Positions 38,670 to 46,929 of a stretch of 64,000 nt of DNA are shown here, piece by piece (within the stretch, counting starts at the first letter, position 1; each line of letters begins with the position of its first letter). The stretch is from contig CAVTBV010000010.1 in the NCBI GenBank assembly GCA_963733095.1, positions 21,358 to 85,357 of the forward strand, in the 5' to 3' direction. The notes beneath the pieces are model-generated. The model worked only from the letters and a program-made list of their open reading frames with translations, made no database searches and had not been told where the DNA came from. The DNA is from Candidatus Bathyarchaeota archaeon. GTDB lineage: Archaea; Thermoproteota; Bathyarchaeia; Bathyarchaeales; Bathycorpusculaceae. The translations under genes were made by a program, and so were the position numbers.

Positions 38670-40260
38670 TTATAGTCTCAGAAAAGTCATTAATTTTTCG
38701 ATGATGCTCAATACCTTATTAACTATTCTCCCAAGGACACCTAACCCGCCAACCATAAACCGCAAATTAGCCACATCAGGCCTTGTGATTGCCCGCGTAA
38801 ACAGCAACGCTGGAACCAGAACCACAAAGAAGATTGAGGCTCCAATCAAAAGCCGAATCCAACTAGCAAACCCTAACTCGAAAATCAAGCCGTACGTTAC
38901 TGCGGCGCTAACAGCGGATGAGAGAAGAATCCTAGCTGAAGAACCCCAATCGACCGTCACATCAAAAGTTCTCCGAACAAAACGTAACCCCAAAATCAAG
39001 CTCGGTACACTCGCCACCAAAGTTGTTGCAATAAGGCCTAAGACACCAAAGTTCATAACCAAAATATACCCCAAAGGAAAACCAATGAAACCAGTCAACA
39101 CAGCCATTCTTAAGACGAAGTTTGTTTGACCTTGCCCGTTCAAGAGTGCAGACAAACTTAGGTTTCCAAACGCCGTATACAAGTATTGGATTACAAAAAG
39201 GGCAAGAAAGAGCGCAGCGGTGTTGTAGGTGCTTCCGAAAAGGGTTTCTACTGCTGGCTCCGATAAGCATATTACCAAAGCGGTTATGGGCACGACAAGG
39301 AGGGATCCATATTTTACTGAGAACTGGAAAATGTTTCTGAGGGAATTTTTGTCTTTTTGAGGGTCTAATTTGGAGAAAGCGGGAAACATCATTGTGGAGA
39401 TCGGCATTACAAAGAAGGCGACAAGAACAGATAAAATTCACAGCCACGCCATAGTTGCCAATCGGGATATTGTCGCTGATGTAGTGGATGGGCAACAGGA
39501 AAGCGTAGAACTGGGGCAGAAGGCTCGTAATAATTGTTGCGAAAGATAATGGTAGACAATAAGTCAGCATAGTTTTCAAATATGCCTTGAGTTCACGCTT
39601 ATGCGAGACGGGCTTAGGAAGCTGCCTATAGATAACGCCGATTAATGCTACGCCGATTAAGCCTGCGATGAACGTACCAACCGTAAAGCCTATTGTGGCT
39701 CCAGCTGTACCTAAACCTATGACAACCAGTGCGATTATGATTCCGGTTTTAAAGAAGCTTTGGCAGATGAGCATTACGCTGTTTAGTTCTAGCCGTTCAT
39801 ATCCCGTGAAGGCGGCTGTTGCTGCAGAGACCAGCCCTCCGGCGAAGATAGATAAAGATATAATTTGAATCAGAGGAGCTATTTCCGGTCGGTTGAAGAC
39901 GCTGGTTGCTAGAAAACCTGCGAAGAAAAATGAGAAAATGGAAAGCGCCAAGCCAACTATAACTTCGAACAATAAACCGGTTAAGTATACACTTCGGATT
40001 TCATCGATTCTGCCTTCTGCACGGTATTGCGCGGTAAACTTTATCATGGCAAAGTTTATGCCCCAGTCTCGGAAGATTTGAATTATAGCTGGAACCGTCA
40101 AGACTACTGTGTATAATCCGTAGAGGTCTGAGCCCAAAAGCCTAGCAATGAATATTGTGCCGACTGAAGCAATGATTGTTGAGACAACCAAGCCCCAGAG
40201 TACGTGAAAGCTACCCTTCGCTGAAACCTTTGCAATGTCGCCAGCTTTACTCATTAGCAA
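38670..40260 (-). CDS. oligosaccharide flippase (MOP/Wzx family), split by one frameshift near 39430
   Basis: ARLLGSDLYGLY N-half and MFPAFSK C-half in adjacent frames. Confidence 0.82.
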
Positions 40261-40408
40261 TTCCCAAGTTGTAAGCTAAGTGATTGTTAATGAGCGGTTT
40301 ATCGTTTATGGTATGCGGTAATAGTGCAGACTATTTTCGATTTTCAAGGTAAAGAAACAATGATATCAAAAAACCAGAATTAACCTGTAAAAAACTTGCA
40401 GTTTAGGG

Positions 40409-40490
40409 TTAAATCTGATTGTTGTTGCAACCGGTGTGCAGAATGCAGTTGCAGCAACAACAACAACTTCTCTGGGTTCAATCGTGGATT
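40409..40490. repeat. copy 1 of ~80-bp hairpin-forming direct repeat
   Basis: 45-nt core 40421-40465 identical to 51923-51967; flanks similar. Confidence 0.9.
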
Positions 40491-40593
40491 CTGCTGGGGT
40501 TGAAGAAGAAATTTTGGATATCGCAGCACATTATGCTGATAGCTTAGGACAAAAATAAAAAGGGGTTAGTTAGAACGGAAGAGGTTGGCTATT

Positions 40594-40935
40594 TTACCAG
40601 CCCATGCAGGAGCCATAACCATAGCCGTATCCGTTGCCGTAGTAGCCGCCTTGATAGGGTTCATAGGACTGGTAGGGTGCTGGCGCTGGAACAGAACTGT
40701 TAGCTACTGCCGGCGGAGCCACATATGGACTGCCATAATAGGGTTGGGCCGTTCTTAAGCCAAAGCAACTGCCTATCCAGCCCCAGAAACCAGGATTAGG
40801 AACACCAGTGCTCGGGTCTGTGCTGGTTCCTGTGTAGGTTTGGTTAGCGGCTATCTGGGCTGAAGCCAACCCAACGGCAACCAAGGTCAACGCCGCAACA
40901 GCGACCAAGGCAATTACGGTTTTTGTCGTGTTCAT
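40594..40935 (-). CDS. small secreted Gly/Tyr-rich protein
   Basis: Signal-like N-terminus, GYYGNGYGYGYGSCMGW; GGTGA RBS. Confidence 0.75.
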   Translation of the reverse strand: MNTTKTVIALVAVAALTLVAVGLASAQIAANQTYTGTSTDPSTGVPNPGFWGWIGSCFGLRTAQPYYGSPYVAPPAVANSSVPAPAPYQSYEPYQGGYYGNGYGYGYGSCMGW

Positions 40936-40985
40936 TTGTCTATCACCATATCATAATATGTGCATGGAGGCTTATGATAGTTGAC

Positions 40986-41014
40986 TGAAACAAACCCTGA
41001 AACAGTTTGAAACA
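40986..41014 (-). promoter_or_regulatory. triple TGAAACA direct-repeat operator
   Basis: TGAAACA (+ strand) at 40986, 40998 and 41008, beginning 51 nt upstream of the start codon. Confidence 0.65.
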
Positions 41015-41134
41015 GTTTTAGTTCCCATCAATGATGTTCTTCGACTAATTTTTTCAAGGAACTGCAGAAACAAATTAATTTAAAAACTAACACCCCACCA
41101 TCTCTACGAATGGTCTGGATTAAGAAATTATTTA

Positions 41135-41455
41135 TCAGACAAATAAAGAAACAAAATCTATTGAATGGCAGAACTGAATGGGATAGTCTACCATCCCCCC
41201 CATCATTCCACCATATCCGCCGCCATAGCCATAGCCTCCGCCCATCATACCGCCTCCATAACCGCCATAACCGTTAGGGGCTTGACCGTATGAATTTTGT
41301 CCACCATAACCACTGTATGGTGCATAGCCGCCAGAGGTTCCAGTGTTGTAGTTTGATCTTGATGCTGCATAAGCTGCGGATGCCAGTGCAACAGCCGCCA
41401 ACACGATAACCATCACCACTAACGCTGCCATTGCGACTTTTATTTTAGATTCCAT
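41135..41455 (-). CDS. small secreted Gly/Tyr/Met-rich protein
   Basis: Signal-like N-terminus, GGMMGG repeats; GAGGTGA RBS. Confidence 0.75.
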   Translation of the reverse strand: MESKIKVAMAALVVMVIVLAAVALASAAYAASRSNYNTGTSGGYAPYSGYGGQNSYGQAPNGYGGYGGGMMGGGYGYGGGYGGMMGGMVDYPIQFCHSIDFVSLFV

Positions 41456-41506
41456 TCATTTCACCTCTACAATGCTATAACAGCTGAGAATGGTATAGAA
41501 GTTGAG

Positions 41507-41534
41507 TGAAACAACCTTGAAACAGATTTAAACA
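41507..41534 (-). promoter_or_regulatory. triple TGAAACA-like direct-repeat operator
   Basis: TGAAACA at 41507 and 41518, TTAAACA at 41528, beginning 52 nt upstream of the start codon. Confidence 0.65.
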
Positions 41535-41656
41535 ATCATTTTGTCGTCCCACCAAAAGAAAAAACGTAAAATTTGACTGCATTATGGTTTATCAGTCTGA
41601 TGATTCGACAAAAGGCACTATTTAAAAAATCAACTGTTCAATTTACGTTATTAGAA

Positions 41657-41818
41657 TTACTGCGGTGAACGGTTCGGCCGTTTGGTTTGGCGTCAGGAGG
41701 GCTCAACAATGCCGACTGCGCCGTTGGGGTGAGTTACCGCATACCAAAGCAGAAGAGCGCTTATGAAGTAGGTTCTGCCACTTTGCTGACACCAACGTGC
41801 AGCAGTAAACTGGTTATT
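41657..41818 (-). pseudogene. fragment of a viral terminase large subunit ATPase (Walker A region)
   Basis: NNQFTAARWCQQSGRTYFISALLLWYAVTHPNGAVGIVEPS*RQTK resembles the RQxGK(S/T)...PSxRQ terminase signature. Confidence 0.62.
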
Positions 41819-41829
41819 GTAGATGTTGT

Positions 41830-42924
41830 CTATGTTTTTTTGATGCGTTCCAGTATTGGATAGAGCTCGTTTAAATCGTTTGAGATTTCATTTACAAGCC
41901 CTTTGGTGATGTAGGTGAAGTCTTCGGGTCTTCGGTTAATCACTTTTCCAACTAGATACTTGTTTGCTGTCAGGGGGGTTGTTTCAAGTTGCTTTGTCTC
42001 CTCAATGGCTCTTTCTATAGCAATCTTGGTGCCGCCATACAGAGTAAGACACCATTGAAGAGATTGAACATTCCTTATATGATAGTACCAAAAAGTATCA
42101 CAGAGACAGTACCCTTTGTCCTTACGATTGAGTAAGTCAAACTCGTCTGTCAATTCGCCATTCAAAAGCAATTCATAATACCTTATTCTATCACTGTGAG
42201 CCCGATTTCCAAAATTCAAGCCTATCCTAATATCGATGGGCGTGAAAGTTACTCCAATGCTTGCCCCATCAACATGGCCCATGTTACCAGGTGTCTCATG
42301 TGTCACAAAAGGCAGCCATATTCCACCAGTATTAGGGGTGAAACCGGATATTGGCGCTCGCTTAATTGGTGTTGTTAATTTCTTTTCTATTTCCTGCTGG
42401 ATGGAGGGACATTTCTTGTGGAGTTTGTCGAGATCATCAAAATCAGATTCAACAATCTCGCAGTTCGTCTCTTCTTCAGCACAATGGCTTGTTTTTAGAG
42501 TTGCAATTTCCTCGAATGTTCTATTTTTGAGTTCTTCGTTTTGATCTATGCCCGCTTCTGTGCAGAGGAACTGCAGGATTTCTTGAGCTTTAGAATCAGC
42601 CTTTTCAGGGGTCGTTTGAGGTCCGACTCGCATTAGGGAGTCATGAAAATCCACGTATTCGCCGAGTTTATTGGCTATTGTAGGGCTTATCAGGTTATTC
42701 TTGTTTAAGAAACGGACGATGTCATACATCCGCATTTCTCGCGGATTTTCTTTCTGAAACTTGGGGTATTTTAACCCAGTCTGAATCAGCACTCTCTTGA
42801 AAGATAATGCACAAAGGTACTCGTTTAGACCGGATGGTCCAACTGAATACTCCTCAAAACGTTGGATTGCTAGGATATAGCGAATCATACCTAAAGTATC
42901 ATCGTCAAACACAAGAACCGACAT
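41830..42924 (-). CDS. hypothetical soluble protein
   Basis: 364-aa ORF with GGAG RBS; no family recognised. Confidence 0.75.
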   Translation of the reverse strand: MSVLVFDDDTLGMIRYILAIQRFEEYSVGPSGLNEYLCALSFKRVLIQTGLKYPKFQKENPREMRMYDIVRFLNKNNLISPTIANKLGEYVDFHDSLMRVGPQTTPEKADSKAQEILQFLCTEAGIDQNEELKNRTFEEIATLKTSHCAEEETNCEIVESDFDDLDKLHKKCPSIQQEIEKKLTTPIKRAPISGFTPNTGGIWLPFVTHETPGNMGHVDGASIGVTFTPIDIRIGLNFGNRAHSDRIRYYELLLNGELTDEFDLLNRKDKGYCLCDTFWYYHIRNVQSLQWCLTLYGGTKIAIERAIEETKQLETTPLTANKYLVGKVINRRPEDFTYITKGLVNEISNDLNELYPILERIKKT

Positions 42925-43245
42925 ACATACTTCTCCTGAGGAACCTTTTTCAAGGTTAATAGATACCTCATGCTTCTTTTAATTTTGGGTTAATGTAAGA
43001 CAGAGACATGCGCGAGAATCAAAGTATACATAAGTTTCTTTACAATTAGGCAGTCGAGTGAAGTTTCGGTACTTGAATCCTTTTGAAATCTTTATTTCTA
43101 CGCCTTGGTTGATACCCGCTTGGGATGATTTAACATTGCTTGAAAATCTTGAAACAGGTATAAAGAAAATTCAGAAAGAACTAACGGGGATCAACAATGA
43201 TTTTTTGAGCTAAAAAAGGGGGAAAGAGATGGTTTTGTTAGGTTT

Positions 43246-45888
43246 TTATGGTCGTTTCTTTAACGTTAAGAATAGCACTGCAAAGCCTACGATGATGACA
43301 GCGATTATTGCGATGACTGCTGGAATGAAGTAGGTTTCAACCATTGTTTCCGGTGCAGAGGTTGGTTGAGTTGTAGGTGATGTTTGGCTGACAAAGAAGG
43401 CGTTTTGAGCTGATGATCCCCAATATCCGTTGGTGCCGGCAAAGTTTGCGTAGACAGTGTAGTCTCCTGCTATGTCAGGTGTCCATCTGAAACTGAATGT
43501 GCCATCTGATGTTGTTGTTGCTGTGCCTATGTTTCTGTAGTTGCCGTTGGAGTCTAGAACATCTATTGTTACCTGAACACCGGCGAAGTTTGTTGGAGCT
43601 GGGAATTGATCGTAGACGTGGCTCATCCATGAACCCATGATTGCGTCAGAGGCAACTGGAACTCCGTTTGGATAGTCTGCTTTCACGGTTGCTTGCTGTG
43701 TGCCTGCGGAAACATCGATCACTGTGCCTTTAATTACTAAGGGTGTTCCGAGGGGTACTGCGAGGTCGGGTGCCGAAACTGTGGTTGCGGTGGGTCCTCT
43801 ACCGACACTGTACATTTGTCCGTCGTATTCGTTGAAGAAGGTCAGGTAACCTTCGGCGACTGCGCCTATTTGGGAGTAAAAGCTTGTCGAGACAGGCCAA
43901 GCGTTTAGCGCCCAAATTTGCTCTCCAGTGGTAATGTTTACACAACGGATCATTTCGCCTTGTTCTGGTGGTTCAATCGGTGAGTGCTCGCTGTTAAAGA
44001 GTATGGCTGTGCCGCCGACGACTGCACCTATGAAGGTTGGGTAGTTGCCGTAGGGTGCTATTGTGCCGCTGTTTGTGCTGTTGTCAGAGCCTATGGGTCC
44101 GTTGCCGTAGGTCCACAGTAGTTTTCCGGTTGTATCGTCAACTCCGTATGTGACTCCGCCCCAGCCAGTGGTGACGAGTATTCCGTTAGTTGCAACTCCT
44201 TGATTAGTTAAGGCTGCTTGGAATAGTTGCCAGTTTGTTCCTTGATCCATGGTGAATGGACCCCAAACCTGTTCGCCTGTAAGTAGGCTGTAGCCGAAGA
44301 TTTGGAAGGTTTCTTTGTCATACATCATGAATATGTTGGTGGAAGCATCAAGCCCATAGTACAGCCGTGTAATGTTGCTGGGTATTCCAGGGTAGTTTTT
44401 GGTCCACAGTACCTGACCTAAAGTATCTGGTGCTAAGCTAATTGCTGAAACATTGTATGGCAAGGTTTCGCCGTAAGCGAGGGGTGTGTTGCTAACTCCG
44501 CGGGAACCTGCTGAGGTTGACGTAGAGACAAGTACCAAGTCGCCTGGGACAGCATCGATAATCGTGGATCCTGGAGTAACTGGTGTAGATAATGTTTTGT
44601 TCCATGAGTATGCAGCGCGCATATCGATGACTTTTCCAACGGTTCTCCACTGAAGGGCGTTGGCTCCTTCGCCTGTCGCTAAGAATTCACCGACTTGGTT
44701 TACATTTGTTCCGTTGTAGTATCCTGCGGTGTTATTCCAGTCAGCTAACCATGTTCCTTTAGAGTCCAAGATATATTTCACTATCTCTCCTGTCGTGCCG
44801 TATCTTAGAGTGCCGCTGGGAACGTTGGTTAGGTTAAACAGCCAGTTGCCAGTCATGCCGTCGTATGCGGTCCATGTGCTGCCGCTTACTGCCCATAGCC
44901 AGCCGTTTGGAAGTACTCCGTGTTGGTTGATGCTGTCGTATCCGTACAGTTGCCCAAAGGTTGGGTTAACTGCGTAGTTCTGTTTCCATAATTGTTCTCC
45001 AGTTCGTAGGTCCACGCAGACGTAGCCTCCTCCTGTTGCTTGGTGGCTTAGAGGTAGCTCGTAGTAGAGGTATCCGCCCATTATGATTGGACTGATGTTT
45101 CGTTCTTCATAGGACATGCCTTCGTAGAATGTGTATGCTCCACCTTGGTATGAACCGAATTTCGTTGCGCCGCTGGTGTAGTCTCCTCCTACGATTCCTC
45201 CGAATTGAATGGGTTGCGTCCACATGATGTGTGAGGTAAGTGGTCCAGGTCCGATTGGCTGCAAGTTATTAACGACTGCGGGAGGGGTATATAGCCAGTT
45301 TGATAGCAGTGCACCCCATGAAGACAATTGCGAGTTTACTGGACGAGTCCAATAGTCTGTTGGAAGCGGATAAATTGTTTGTCCGGGGATGGGATCGGTC
45401 TGGACAACGAAAGTTGTAGAGGCGCTGCTGGGCAAATAGTAGTCGCCGACGTAGGGGTCATTTGTTCCTTCTAGTCCGTTTACTGGATTAGCTAATTTCG
45501 CAGTTTGGCCGCCGAAGTTAAAGTCTACAGTGTAGGTGCCAAGTTGGTCTGGTACAAACGGGTAGTCGGTTGCTGATGTAGGTCCAGCAGTGAAGGGTCC
45601 AAGTGATTGTATGGTTCCATCAGGTGCTGTAATTTGTAGTGTGTAGTTTTGCCATCTGTCGCCTGTAATGCCGGTCGCAGAGGGATTCAGGTTCTCAATC
45701 CACATTACAATGAGGGCTTGTTGGCCGATACCTACTGGGTTTGGTGAAACGTTGACATAAGCAACTGTTGCGATGTTCCATGGTGGAGTATGTGCGTTGG
45801 TTTTTGGTAGTGTTATTGAAGCTGATATCGATATAGCTAAGAGCGCAATAATCGCTATCGCTATTGTTTTATTTTTTAAATTTTGCAT
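43246..45888 (-). CDS. secreted PQQ-like beta-propeller surface protein with C-terminal TM anchor
   Basis: HTPPW..SPNPVGIGQ start, repeated DxxTGEQxW blade motifs, TM + KKRP. Confidence 0.85.
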   Translation of the reverse strand: MQNLKNKTIAIAIIALLAISISASITLPKTNAHTPPWNIATVAYVNVSPNPVGIGQQALIVMWIENLNPSATGITGDRWQNYTLQITAPDGTIQSLGPFTAGPTSATDYPFVPDQLGTYTVDFNFGGQTAKLANPVNGLEGTNDPYVGDYYLPSSASTTFVVQTDPIPGQTIYPLPTDYWTRPVNSQLSSWGALLSNWLYTPPAVVNNLQPIGPGPLTSHIMWTQPIQFGGIVGGDYTSGATKFGSYQGGAYTFYEGMSYEERNISPIIMGGYLYYELPLSHQATGGGYVCVDLRTGEQLWKQNYAVNPTFGQLYGYDSINQHGVLPNGWLWAVSGSTWTAYDGMTGNWLFNLTNVPSGTLRYGTTGEIVKYILDSKGTWLADWNNTAGYYNGTNVNQVGEFLATGEGANALQWRTVGKVIDMRAAYSWNKTLSTPVTPGSTIIDAVPGDLVLVSTSTSAGSRGVSNTPLAYGETLPYNVSAISLAPDTLGQVLWTKNYPGIPSNITRLYYGLDASTNIFMMYDKETFQIFGYSLLTGEQVWGPFTMDQGTNWQLFQAALTNQGVATNGILVTTGWGGVTYGVDDTTGKLLWTYGNGPIGSDNSTNSGTIAPYGNYPTFIGAVVGGTAILFNSEHSPIEPPEQGEMIRCVNITTGEQIWALNAWPVSTSFYSQIGAVAEGYLTFFNEYDGQMYSVGRGPTATTVSAPDLAVPLGTPLVIKGTVIDVSAGTQQATVKADYPNGVPVASDAIMGSWMSHVYDQFPAPTNFAGVQVTIDVLDSNGNYRNIGTATTTSDGTFSFRWTPDIAGDYTVYANFAGTNGYWGSSAQNAFFVSQTSPTTQPTSAPETMVETYFIPAVIAIIAVIIVGFAVLFLTLKKRP

Positions 45889-46198
45889 TTTACTTTTCTT
45901 CCTTTAATTTCTTACTGAACAAGAACAAAATAAGTAAGTTTTTTGCCCTTGCCCAATAATCCGCCTTTATCTATTGAAATTTCTTTATAAGGTTTGGGAA
46001 AGTACCGCTTACGATAACTCTACAAGAGTGAAGCAAAAAAGATTAATTATTTATTTGAAGAAAGCGTTTAAAGGCGCCCACATCTGTTAAGCGGAGTAAA
46101 TGCTTAGAGTTTAAGAGTCCTTTCACTTAGCTTTCCGCTCCTCTCAAAGGTCGTTTTAACACATGCCTCTTAAATCATCATCAGCTTAATTGCAAATT

Positions 46199-46369
46199 AT
46201 GCTTGATTTATTCAGACCTTGTGATGCTTGCGGAAAGATGATTGGAGGAGGATTCCATTGTTGTTCGAAATGCAACATATACTTCTGTTTCTTCTGTTCA
46301 AATCAACTTTGAGGTCTGTATGAGTACCCAGTGGTAGAATGCCCAATGTGTGGCGGAAAAATTCAGTAG
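46199..46369 (+). pseudogene. Cys-rich zinc-finger-like microprotein with in-frame TGA at 46310
   Basis: MLDLFRPCDACGKMIGGGFHCCSKCNIYFCFFCSNQL*GLYEYPVVECPMCGGKIQ: four CxxC pairs. Confidence 0.65.
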
Positions 46370-46378
46370 AAAAAGGAA

Positions 46379-46463
46379 AGCGGGCTTTCTTTTTAATCCT
46401 GACACAAACCATGCTTAGATGGGAAGGTTACCCCTTGTGAGGTGAGGATCAACCAAGCCCGCT
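46379..46463. other. multi-stem inverted-repeat structure
   Basis: AGCGGGCTT/AAGCCCGCT outer stem with nested ATCCT/AGGAT, CACAA/TTGTG and CCAT/ATGG. Confidence 0.55.
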
Positions 46464-46774
46464 AAAAAATATTGGTTGTTTAAAGAAGATAAATAGTCGT
46501 GAGTGGCTAATGTCAGCAACAAAAAAGAAACATATTGGATTTTCATTTTGTCTTCTTGTTAATCAATCACTTCGATTGGTTATGCAGCCTTTCTAGAAAG
46601 CCACACCAAACAAAATAGCCAACACAACTCTACCAAGTACAAGAAGATCAGTTTAATGAGGTCTCAATAGAAGTAGTCGGCGCATAGGTCTTAGCGACTA
46701 CTACTTCTCAGCATTTTCTGTAGGATTGGCAACTTGGTATATTCAGCTTAATTTTGGCTATTGAAAGATGGTTT

Positions 46775-46866
46775 GCTGAGGCTCTGGCTATTAAAGGAGA
46801 AAGAGCGAAATGCAAAACGCTCTTAAACTATGGCTATTTGTTAATTGACGCCAGAGCCTTCTCAGC
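46775..46866. other. branched inverted-repeat structure
   Basis: GCTGAG-GCTCTGGC pairs with GCCAGAGC-(CTT)-CTCAGC; inner AAGAGCG/CGCTCTT hairpin. Confidence 0.55.
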
Positions 46867-46929
46867 CCAGATTTTTCGCCTTGCATTTATGGACTAAAAA
46901 AGGGGAAGATTTGTTTTGTTTGCAGTTTT

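Noticed and set aside
38491-39129. 212-aa + strand ORF, and other long antisense ORFs within nuo, hdr and propeller genes
   Set aside because: Shadow frames of well-supported opposite-strand genes.
41657-41810. GC-rich patch with several complementary segments, first read as a tRNA or ncRNA
   Set aside because: No cloverleaf or T-loop; the pairings favour different strands; better explained as a terminase coding remnant.
46212-46412. Minus-strand ORF vaguely resembling an IS110 transposase N-terminus
   Set aside because: It is the antisense of the much more convincing four-CxxC frame on the + strand.
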